A stretch of DNA of 64,000 nt from Octopus vulgaris (taxonomy: Eukaryota), in the NCBI GenBank assembly GCA_951406725.2, contig OX597817.1:160394001-160458000 (forward strand), given 5' to 3'. A model generated the notes under the pieces. It saw nothing but the letters and a program-made list of their open reading frames with translations. It had not been told where the DNA came from and made no database searches. Below, in pieces: positions 52,793 through 64,000 of the stretch (position 1 is the stretch's first letter; each line of letters opens with the position of its first letter). The position numbers and the translations under genes are program-made.

Positions 52793-54520
52793 GAAAACTC
52801 ACAGCTCACTTTGCTGGGTATGATGGAAAGTGTCGGCTCTCCACAGCCAGCAGACTAAGGTGACACTTTTTTACTGGTCATGCTTTAAGAACCCTGCGAA
52901 GAATTCTGGCAGTTCCCAGCAGTGCTGATTTTTATAGACGTTCTACCTTCACACTTGCACCGATCTTTCTCAGCCATGTTGGTAGTTGAGTGTTGATACT
53001 TCCAAGTGCACCAGTTACTATTGGTATCACATTTACTCTCTTCATTGACCACGACCTTCGTATGTCCCACTTCAAATCGTCATGGTTGTTTATTCTTCTT
53101 CTTCTTTTACATTGATCCTATTGTCACCGGGGCACGCTATCGATTATCGTAATGTTCTTTCTTTTTTATTCACCACAACAATGTCTGTTTTCCGATGTCT
53201 GGTGTGGGTGATCGCACTGGATCATTGCATCCCACAGGATTTTGCAATTCTTATTTTCGCTGACTGCTTCTGGAATTTTCTCACACCAAATCTTTGCTCT
53301 CTGTAGGCCGTGATTTCCACAGAGCTCCCAATGGATCATTCTTGCCCCATTGTCATGGCGTCTTTTGTATTCGCGTTGTGCCAATTTCGGTCATTTGCTA
53401 ACGATGTGCCATACCGTTTCACCCCTCTCGCCACACATTCTGCATTTGTCGCTATCAACAGTGTTGTCTATTCTGCACTTCATATAATTGATCCTTAATG
53501 CTTGTTCCTGAGCTGCGCATATGAGTGCATCTGTCGCTATCTTCAGGCCACTCCTATTCATTCATAGCCGCCGGTCCTCCGTATCTGTCTTGGCGTTCAC
53601 ATATCTTGAAAACTGACCGTACACTTTCTTTTCTTTCTATGCTTTTTTTTTTTTTGTACATTTCTTGTTTAAATTTTTCCTTAGTTATACAATTTTCAGT
53701 TTTGATGACGCCGGCCTTCTTCGAGTGCTTTAACAGTGCATCCACGGCATTTTTGTATACCACTCTATGCTGTTTTCTTCTGCTTCGATACAGCTGATCA
53801 AACCTCTCCCATCCTTTCTTCTGGACAAGTACAGCCTATCAGTGTCACTCTTAGGGTGGAAGGCTCTGTGTACTGTCAACATTTTTCTCGTCTTGGTATC
53901 CTTTTTCTTCATTTCTCTCTTTTGCCGTTTTATAATTCCTGCTCCATACTGAAGTGATGCTATCACCCACGTATTAAATGCTTGGATTTTATTCCATCCA
54001 GTCAATTTTCAACGCAACACCAATCTCAGTCTTCAGAAATACTCTATCCTCAGTTGTTCTTTCATTTCGTTTTCCATTCTCTCGTTGATCTCTAGTACAT
54101 CAAGATATTTGTATCCTTCCGTTTCAATTTGCTTAAATCGGTAATTCTATCTCAGGTAGGAACTGTACTTTGCCTCATTTTAGGTAGATTATTCCGTACT
54201 TCCTGAGTCCAAATTCCATTCTAATATCTGTACTTAAACACTGGACTGTGTTCAGCAAGGAACTCACTTGTGTCTCATCTTTGTCATAGAGTTTCAAATT
54301 ATCCCTGAAGAGGAGGTGGTTGATTATTTGGGATTTTTCTTTTAGTTGGTACTCCTGGTTCATTTTCCTAAATACCACGATTAGGGGTATCATGCAGAGA
54401 ACAAAAAGCAACGGAGATTGGCTATCACCCTGGAAAATCCCTCTTGTGATACCCAAGGTGCTTAAGCTTTTTCTGTAAGATGTCAGTTCAGTTTTCCATC
54501 CCCGCTATACTTCTCTTCAG
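52791..54520 (-). pseudogene. R4/Dong-like LINE, 5'-truncated (RT, CCHC and RLE regions), 3' end in (TAA)n
   Basis: RGIFQGDSQSPLLF, INHLLFRDNLKLY, RLYLSRRKDGRGL, AQEQALR..CRMCGERGETVWHIVS, YKRRHDN..ILWD. Multiple frameshifts; (TTA)n at 52742-52790. Confidence 0.9.
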
Positions 54521-55139
54521 GAACTATCAAACTAATTTATGAGCGCATAACAAATGATGGGCGATAAGGTAAGGTCACTTTGATAAAGAATGACCATGCT
54601 GCTTTTCCCTTTTAATAATGCTTGTTGTTCTTGATAGGCATAATCTCAGAGCTGAAAGGCATCTTTCATTTCACACTTTTCAAACAACCCTTCACCTGTC
54701 TGCCAGCACCAATGCCGTTTCTACCACTAGCAGCAACCTTTGTTAACTTGACAACAAGGTAAAGGTGAGCTCTGATTAGCTGTATGCAAATTACCGGGGT
54801 CCGAAACTCTCGTGGAAAAAAAAAACCCATTTCGCGTTCGGAAATTTTTCGTCACATATCTGATAAACGAGTGAAGAACGAACATATAGTCCGTGTGTTT
54901 CTTTGGTGAAAAAAAAAAAGAAGAAGAATAAACGATCATCCCCAAATATAACAATATCTGTTTCAACATACGGTTTCAATCAGGAATCTGGTAACACAAA
55001 TTCATAAACGTAAAACATATATATTGATTTCCTTATAATAGGTTGTATATAGTTAAATCTGATATTTTATCTTGAAGAAAAATATATGTATATTTATCGT
55101 ATTTCCTCGAGTTAGTATGCTGAGATATTGCTTTTATTT

Positions 55140-55540
55140 TTTTTATTTTTTACTCTAGGCACAAAGCCCGAAATTTTGAGGGAAGGGACTAGTCGATTAG
55201 ATCGACCCCAGTACGGATCTGGTTCTTAATTTATTGACTCCGAAAGGATGAAAGGATAAGTCGACCTCGGCGGAATTTGAACTCAGAACGTAAAGACAGA
55301 CGAAATACCTATTTCTTTACTACCCACAAGGGGCTAAACACAGAGAGGACAAACAAGGACAGACAAGTGGATTAAGTCGATTATATCGACCCCAGTGCGT
55401 AACTGGTCCTTAATTTATCGACCCCGTAAGGATGAAAGGCAAAGTTGACCTCGGCGGAATTTGAACTCAGAACGTAACGGCAGACGAAATACTGCTAAGC
55501 ATTTCGCCATGCGTGCTAACGTTTCTGCCAGCTCGCCGCC
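55140..55540 (-). mobile_element. Family A SINE dimer (184-bp period)
   Basis: Junction AAAGAAATA-GGTATTTCGTC; flanking repeat AT(G/A)CTGAGATATT. Confidence 0.88.
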
Positions 55541-56551
55541 CTAATACTGAGATATTATTTTTGTACCATGTACAACATATATCACTTTCGCTAATATTTA
55601 ATACATATTCTCAGTATTTAATTATTAATCCTTTCCTGGAACTTGTGCCCTTTATATGCATATAAATTCTAAGCAAAGTTTTATTTATGTCTATCAAAAA
55701 TTTCAGCTGGAACCATTAAATACCGGAGGGTTTTTTCAAAGAAACACCAGCTAATACCGGTTGGTATACTAACCACTCTACACTCAGAAGATAGTAACAC
55801 TATTAACACCTGCTGAAGGTGTGCATATGACACTGCTTATTTTATTTATTATTTTTATTTTTATTTTTATTTTTTGGTAAGGTATTTCGTCCATCTTCAC
55901 ATTCTGAGTTCAAATTCCGCTGAGATCGACCTTGCCTTTCATCCTCTCTGGGGTCGATAAAATCACTACCAGTTGAGTACTGGGATTGGTATAATCAACT
56001 TATTCACTCCCCAAAATTTCAAGCCTTGCGCCAATAGTAGAAAGGATTATCCAAGGAAACTAAATATATAGAATATATAAATATTTTTGTTTTATCTTGG
56101 GAGGATCATTACGCCATTAATAAGAATCTTGCAAACCAAATACAAAAACCACTGTGTAGTAAAAAGCTTGCTTCTCAGCCACATGGATCTGAGTTCAGTC
56201 CGACGGCGTGATATCTTGAGCAAGTGTCTTCCACTATAGCCTCGGGCCGACCAAAGCCTTGTGAGTAGATTTGGTTGACGGAAACTGAAAGAAGCCTGTC
56301 TATATATGTATATAAGGCGGCGAGCTGGTAGAAACGTTAGCACGCCGGGCGAAATTCGTAGCCGTATTTCGTGTCGTTACGTTCCGAGTTCAAATTCCGC
56401 CGAGGTCGACTTTGCCTTTCATCCTTTCGGGGTCGATAAATTAAGTACCAGTTAAGCACTGGGGTCGACTTAATCCGTTTGTCTGTCCTTGTTTGTCTCC
56501 TCTATGTTTAGCCCCTTGTGGGTAGTAAAGAAATATATATATATATGTATA

Positions 56552-56774
56552 TACGAGGGGGTACTGGAAGGTTCCTGGCTTTAAGGGTATCTCGCGAAAA
56601 ACCTGGTTACAAGCCCAATGTTCCGAGTTCTTTTACAGGGTTTAAGAAAACTGAAATACTACCGCAGTCAAAGCGTGAATCTGAGAGGGGAATATGTTGA
56701 ATGAAATCATAATTAACTGATCCTCCTGTATTTTCTTTTCCAAAAACCTGGGAACTTTTCAGCACCTCCTCGTA
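56552..56774. mobile_element. Mariner-type MITE, same family as 46565-46782, opposite orientation
   Basis: TA-CGAGGGGGTACTGGAAGGTTCC...GGAACTTTTCAGCACCTCCTCG-TA. Confidence 0.85.
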
Positions 56775-57602
56775 CAGGTATGCGTGTGTGTATCTTTCTG
56801 TTTGTGTTTGTCCCCCGACACTGCTTGATAACCGGTGTTGGTGTGTTTATGTCCCCGTAACTTAGCGCTTCGGCAAAAGGACCGATAGAATAAGTACTAG
56901 ACTTTTAAGAAAATAAGTCTTGCAGTCGATTTGTTCGACTTAGATCTTCAAAGCGGTATATGTGTGTGTGTGTGTATGTGTGTGTGTGTATGTATTGGTG
57001 TATAGGTGTGTTCCACCATGTGTGTGTGCGTGTGTATGCGTGTGTATGGTTGTGTGCATGCGTGTGTGTATGTGTGTATGTGCGTGTGTTGTTGTTGTAG
57101 TTGTTGTTGTTGTTGTGTGTGTGTGTGTCTGTGTGTAAAATACTAATACTTACCACCCGATTCATTAAAATCTTATTTATTCATTAAATGTAGATTAAGT
57201 CATCAGAACCTATATCTAGTTAACTCACCATACATGTGGTTAATTAACTGACTAGGCAGTGGGCGGTTAATTAACAAGCTAGTTATTACTTTTTTATTAT
57301 GATTATATATATTATTTATGTTCACGTTTATATACGAGTATACTGTTTTAATTCGTTTTGGTTCACTTCGGCTAAGGCCATGCTGTAGCATTTTTTCTGT
57401 CTTCTATCTTTTACTCGGTTCCGTCTTGTTGGAGATTCACCTTGAAGGGGTTAGTTTAACAAATTGACCCGGAACTTGATCTTCGAATCTGGTATTTATT
57501 CTATCGCTCTTTATCAACGAACCACTAAGTTACAGGAACGTAGACAAACAGTCACAAAATAATACATAGATACATACATGCATGCATACATACATACATA
57601 CA

Positions 57603-57638
<36 letters not shown>

Positions 57639-57797
57639 TATATAAAAAAACTGATGAAGGGTCGTTCTTTGTGTTACTTGTCCTGTTTTCAATTTGTTTC
57701 TCTCGTTGTTTGCGTATTTGACTCATTTGTTTTCGTATTTCATGTTGTTTACTGTTGCTGACGTCCTGTACCCATATATGCATATGTATATATGAAC

Positions 57798-57843
<46 letters not shown>

Positions 57844-58041
57844 ATGTGTGTGTGTGTGTGTATGTGTCTGTGTCTGTGTGTGTATACACACAGGCTTTCA
57901 CACAGCTTACGTCGGCTAATTTAACTCATAAGGCAATGATCAACCCGGGACTTTTGGAAAAACACTATATCCAAGGGTCCGAACTCAAAATTACATGGTT
58001 GTAAAATGAGCTTCTTATCCACATAACCATACGTTTATCAT

Positions 58042-58086
<45 letters not shown>

Positions 58087-58394
58087 AGCGCGCGCGCAGA
58101 TGCGCAGAAAATGCGAAATATCGATACGTCATTCTCGTTCACTTCCTAGACGTTTTTGTTTCGCCTAGCTTTGAAGACCTTTCTGGGAAACATCTAGAAC
58201 CTTCTACGTCGATAAACCGCTATTGTTCCTGGAAGTTGCTTTTTTTTATATACTTTCTACGAACTGCTCGAATCTTACTAACCTCCTACACTTTGATCCT
58301 TGGATCTTACTTTACACACACACATATACATGTATGTACATATATATCTTTATCTATCTATCTATATCTATATCTATATCTATCTATCTGTCTG

Positions 58395-58570
<176 letters not shown>

Positions 58571-59857
58571 CCTATCTATCTATCTATATATCTATATGTG
58601 TGTGTGTGTGTATGCATATATCATATGTATGTATACATGTGTCGTAAATAGCTTGCTTACGAACCACACGTTTCTGGGTTCAGTCCCACTGCGTGACACC
58701 TTGGGCAAGTGTCTTCTATAGCCTCGGGCCGGCCAAAGCCTTGTGAGTGGATTTGGTAGACGGAAACTGAAAGAAGCCAGTCATATATATGTGTATATAT
58801 ATATGTATGTGTATGTATATGTTTGTGTGTCTGTGTCCCCTCAACATCGCTTGACAACCGATGCTTGTGTGTTTACGCCCCCGTTACTTAGCGGTTCGGC
58901 ATAAGAAATCGATAGAATAAGTACTTGGCTTACAAAGAATAAGTCCTGGGCGGTCAATCTGCTCGACTAAAAGCGGTGCCCCATCATGGCCGCAGTCACA
59001 TGACTGAAACAAATAAAAGAGTATATAATGCCTGTACGCTGTGAACTTACACCCAAGGTCGTTTTGAATGATATAATACACTTTCACAGATTGCATTGTT
59101 TAAATTTATATTTACACTCACCTGAACTCATCGTCGGTATACACAGTTTTATGCACAAGTAACTGCAACAGCGCCAACAACAGCAATTACAATATGTATA
59201 ACAGCAACATGAGTTATGAAAGTCTCAAGAAAAACAGCAGTAGAAAAGACAGGAGATAAAAAGAAGACAGCAAGATCGTGGTGGTTGGTGAGGGCAACAC
59301 ATATACAGTACACTTGTAGAAGCGATGTCTACATCACTAATAACGACAATTGATCAATCATCGTTAACATTACCACCATTACCATTGCGACGACGTCCAG
59401 ATGAAAGGAAAAGAACACTTGAGCATGGTCGTTCGCCTGCATAGAAATAGCAATTAAATCTCTCAAATCAATTCTATATTCTGAGATCTGGAATTTATGT
59501 TACGTCCTCATTTTGGTTGTTGCTTTTATTGCGTTTCCGATGCAACAACCGAGCTCAACACAAGACACCTGAAGAAGGCTGGAGCGCACAGCAGCCTATA
59601 ATCTACTGAAAGCAATAATCAAGATAAGAACACCGGTCTGACTAATGTAAACAGTATACATTAATATCTCTTATCGTTCCCGATTGTTTTATAAAGCAAA
59701 AGCGCACATTGGACAATAAAATCCTTGACGTCCAAATAAACAGAATGGTCATTGACTCCAACATTTTGCTCAAGCAAAACAACAACAACAATTTCATCAA
59801 TCTGGTTGTGTATATCTGTCCCAAGGCCTTGCTCTCTCCGCTATATCAAGTCCTACT

Positions 59858-60051
59858 AAGGCGGCGAGCTGGCAGAAACGTTAGCGCGCTGGGCGAAATT
59901 CTTAGCGGTATTTCGTCTGTCGTTACGTTCTGAGTTCAAATTCCGCTGAGGTCGACTTTGCCTTTCATCCTTTCGGGGTTGATAAATAAAGTACCAGTCT
60001 GTCCTTGTTTGTCCCCTATATGTTTAGCCCCTTGTGGGCAGTAAAGAAATA
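59858..60051 (+). mobile_element. Family A SINE with 16-bp TSD
   Basis: TATATCAAGTCCTACT at 59842-59857 and 60052-60067. Confidence 0.92.
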
Positions 60052-61111
60052 TATATCAAGTCCTACTTCCCCACGACATCAGACCTCGGGAATTTCCTCC
60101 TTGCTCAATTGTTTTCTGCGGTGCTAATTCACAACAGTTTAAAAGGAAAAATAAAGTAAAGGCGCGTGGCTTAGTGGTTAGGGTATTCGGCCCTCGATCA
60201 TAAGGTCATGAGTTCGATTCCTGGCCGTCGGCGCGTTTTGTCTTTGGGCAAGACACGTTATTTCACGTTGCGCCAGTCCACTCAGATAGCAAAATTGAGT
60301 AGTAGCTGTATTTCAAATGGTCAGCATTGTCACCTTCTGTGTCACGCTGAATCTCCCTGAGGACTACGTTAAGGGTACGCGTGTCTGTGGAGTACTCAGC
60401 CACTTGCACGTTAATTTTACGAGCAGGCTGTTCTGTTGATCGGACCAGCTAGATCCCTTGTCGTCGTAACCGATGGAGAGCTAGTTAAACGGAACATTAA
60501 CAACATCAAACTCACTAATCTGAGACGGCCGGGCACTGCCCCTCCCCTCATCCAAACTCTTGGTAAAAAACTAAAATATCACAAATAGTAAACGCAGAAG
60601 AATAGCAACTGTTATTCTCTAAACCCACATCATCCGCCTCCGATGTGGCCACAACCGAATCTACAATATACTGGGCAATGGCGATGTTGCTTTGTGTCTA
60701 TACATGGTTCATCATATCTCGGAGTAGATGGTATGGTCTGTTTCGAGGTGGCGAGCTGGCAGAATCGTTAGCACGCCGGGCGAAATACTTGGTGGTATTT
60801 CGTCCATCTTCACATTCTGAGTTCAAATTCCGCTGAGATCGACCTTGCCTTTCATCCTCTCTGGGGTCGATAAAATAACTACCAGCTGAGTACTGGGATT
60901 GGTATAATCAACTTATTCACTCCCCAAAATTTCAAGCCTTGCGCCAATAGTAGAAAGGATTATTAATCTGTTTCGCCCTCTTTCATAAATTTAAATTTCA
61001 TAAATGATAAAACAAACCATAACTGTCTGAAATACTGCCATTGTTAACTCGTTTGATACCAGCCAGCCTGAGATCACTTCTGGTTCTATGATATAAACTT
61101 TGTTTTAAAGT

Positions 61112-61416
61112 TGTTGTTTGTTCCTACTTGAGCCATGCCTGGCTCATAAGGGCCGGTTTCCCAGCTTCCTTGGTGTATAGGTTCTCCACCTGGACGAGAC
61201 TCCGGTCCGTCGCAAGTGAGCTGCAAGATACAGGAGGAAAGAGTAGGAGAAAGTTGTGGCGAAAGAGTCAGCAGAAGTTCGCCATTACCTTCTGCCGGAG
61301 CTGCGTGGAGCTTAGCTGTTTCGCTCATAAACACACGCATCACACGGTCTGAGATTCGAACCCGCTATCCCTCGACCGCGAGTCCGCTGCACTAACCACT
61401 AGGCCATGTGCCTCCA
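61112..61416 (-). mobile_element. tRNA-derived SINE with 12-bp TSD
   Basis: TTGTTTTAAAGT at 61100-61111 and 61418-61429; (CAA)n-like tail. Confidence 0.88.
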
Positions 61417-62194
61417 CTTGTTTTAAAGTGAGCTACACTAAAACCGTTCAAAAAATTTCATGTTGGTTTTTTCCGAACATCAGCATAATAGCGACAAAAT
61501 TATTGTACTAAATTCCTTATTATTTTCCACGTTATTGGCAGTAAACAAAGTGTGTTTCGATATGAATGTTACAAAATGTCAAGAAATATCGACTTGGTTA
61601 TGATGAAATTTTTTCAACCCCTATGTTTACAGTCGCGGTTCTCAACCATTTTTTACCAATGGAACCCTTTGGTTCCTATTTCCCTCTATTGAATTTCCAT
61701 AGCCGTTCTATGAATGTAAAAGAACATCCTACAATCATATATTTTTTTAATTGAATATAAATTTCAAATTTTGGCACAAGGTCAGAAATCTAGGGGGTTG
61801 GAGAGGTGAGTCGATTACATCGACCCCCCAGTACTGAACTGGTACTTATTTTATCGACCTCCTGAAAGGCAAAGTCGACCTCGGCAGAATTTGAACTCAG
61901 AGCGTGCAGATGGACGAAATACCATTATACATTTTGCCAGGCGTTTGAGCAAACTCGCCGCCTTTTTATAATTAAATATTATTAGGAATTGTAATTTTAA
62001 AATGTATTGTAGAAGTATAAGCAATTTATGGAACATAAATTTTGGCAACAAAATCTTATAGCACCACTAAGACCCATGGTTGAGAACCATTCGCATAAAC
62101 CAAAATTCCTCACAAATCCTAATTATGTGGTCAATTATCAAGTAGGATCACCTTACTACCTATCTGTAGATGCTAGAATTTTCCTGTCAAGTTC

Positions 62195-62934
62195 ATCGAC
62201 CCCAGTGCGTAACTGTTACTTATTTAATCAACCCCGAAATGATGAAAAGCAAAGTCGACCCGGAGGAGTTTGAACTCAGAACGTAGCAGCAGACGAAATA
62301 TCGCTAAGCATTTCGCCCGGCGTGCAAACGATTCTTATTTCTTTACTGCCCGCAAGGGGCTACACAAAGAGGGGACAAACAAGGACAGACAAACGGATTA
62401 AGTCGATTACATCGATCCTAGTGTGTAACTGGTACTTAATTTATCGACCCTGAAAGGATGAAAAGCAAAGTCGACCTCGGCGGAAATTGAACTGAGAACG
62501 TAGCGGCAGACGAAATACCTATTTCTTTACTACCCACAAGGGGCTAAACACAGAGGGGACAAAAAAGGACAGACAAACGGATTAAGTCGATTATATCGAC
62601 CCCAATGCGTAACTGGTACTTATTTAATCGACCCCGAAAGGATGAAAGGCAAAGTCGACCTCGGCGGGATTTGAACTCAGAACGTAGCGGCAGACGAAAT
62701 ACCTATTTCTTTACTACCCACAAGGGGCTAAACACAGAGGGGACAAAAAAGGACAGACAAACGGATTAAGTCGATTATATCGACCCCAGTGCGTAACTGG
62801 TACTTATTTAATCGACCCCGAAAGGATGAAAGGCAAAGTCGACCTCGGCGGGATTTGAACTCACAACGTAACGGCAGACGAAATACGGCCAAGCATTTCG
62901 CCCGGCGTGCTAACGTTTCTGCCAGCTCGCCGCC
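62195..62934 (-). mobile_element. Tandem array of family A SINE units
   Basis: TCGACC anchors at 62471, 62655 and 62839 give a 184-bp period; a fourth diverged unit lies at 62195-62335. Confidence 0.92.
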
Positions 62935-63027
62935 ATGATGCAGGTAATAATACCAATGGTGGATATAGAATTATAAGCACAGAAATCCCAAGCGTATGAT
63001 TATATATTTATCCCCGTTTCTTGTATA

Positions 63028-63098
63028 ATCCTTCGTGACCTCTCGTGGAATCCTTCGTGACCTCACGTGGAATCCCTCGCGACATCACGTGGAATTCC
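63028..63098. repeat. 22-bp tandem repeat, three copies (ATCCTTCGTGACCTCACGTGGA)
   Basis: Three adjacent diverged copies. Confidence 0.8.
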
Positions 63099-63349
63099 TA
63101 GTGATCTCTAGCGGATCCCTATCATTCTGGGAAATCCCGGTTGGGAAATGCCGCCCTACGCAGTCGCTCGACCGGCTAGAAATAGCAGCCATATCAAATT
63201 GCATCTTACCGTTGTTTGTAGAACGGATGGGCAACATTCGGATAATGTATTCCTAGATATATTTTATGCTTGAATTCAAAGACGAGATGGACATGTGACC
63301 GGAACGTCTTTGATCATTGGTCTGCTCGATCAGAGCGGGACTAGAGATA

Positions 63350-64000
63350 AACAGCAACAACAACAACTACAACAACAATCATCATTGCCAAACCACTCTT
63401 ACAAAAACTACAAACACCATCACGCCCACCATTGACAGCCCCCACCCCACCCCTATAGCTATCAACACCATTAACGCCATCACCACTCATCTTCCCGCCC
63501 CCCACTCCCCGCGTCCATCTCCACCACAATCCAACATCTACGTTCTCGCCGCCATTAACTACACAAACCGCATGTACCGTTACAAACATCATCACCAACA
63601 CCGCCATTACACCCACCACCACCACCACTACCGCCGCCACCACCATCATCACCATCATCATCATCATTACAAACACCACCACTAGTGACACCTACACCAC
63701 CACCACCGCTGACACCACCTTCCCCTCCCTAGCCACCACCACTACCATCACCACCATCACCACCATCATCACCATCATCATCATTACAAACACCACCACC
63801 AGTGACACCTACACCACCACCGCTGACACCACCTTCCCCTCCCTAGCGACCACCACTACCATCACCACCATCACCACCATCACCACCACCACCGCCGCTA
63901 CCACCATCATCACCATCATCAACACCATCATTGCAAACACCACCACCAATGACACCTACACCACCACCGCTGACACCACCTTCTCCTCCCTAGCCACCAC
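63350..64000. repeat. (CAC/CAT)n low-complexity region with an about 117-145-bp higher-order unit, three copies
   Basis: CAAACACCACCAC..GACACCTACACC..GCTGACACCACCTTCCCCTCCCTAGC recurs near 63670, 63787 and 63934. Confidence 0.85.

Noticed and set aside
63317-64000. His/Thr/Pro-rich ORF as a mucin-like or His-rich protein
   Set aside because: Explained by CAC/CAT repeats with frame-breaking unit lengths; it cannot be fully excluded at the window edge.

Overview
This is eukaryotic, AT-rich, repeat-saturated intergenic or intronic DNA. The tRNA-derived SINE families and microsatellite density suggest an octopod cephalopod (Octopus); that is inference, not a database match. I found no host protein-coding gene, and most ORF-track entries are translations of microsatellites or SINEs. 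The window holds one intact tRNA-Pro(CGG) gene, dozens of tRNA-derived SINEs (several with target-site duplications), decayed mariner transposases, CR1, R4/Dong and Tx1-like LINE fragments, non-autonomous Helitrons, MITEs and a solo LTR. The main unexplained signal is a set of at least six unrelated short non-coding elements, mostly inserted in TA or TG microsatellites and often as long inverted repeats. Each folds by hand into a type I hammerhead ribozyme with a palindromic minimal stem III. Their cores include the canonical C3-G8 pair and compensatory G3-C8 and U3-A8 variants. One is a highly structured 361-nt terminally redundant monomer resembling a retrozyme. Another is fused to a tRNA-like Pol III head. 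All folds were read by eye and none has been tested for activity.
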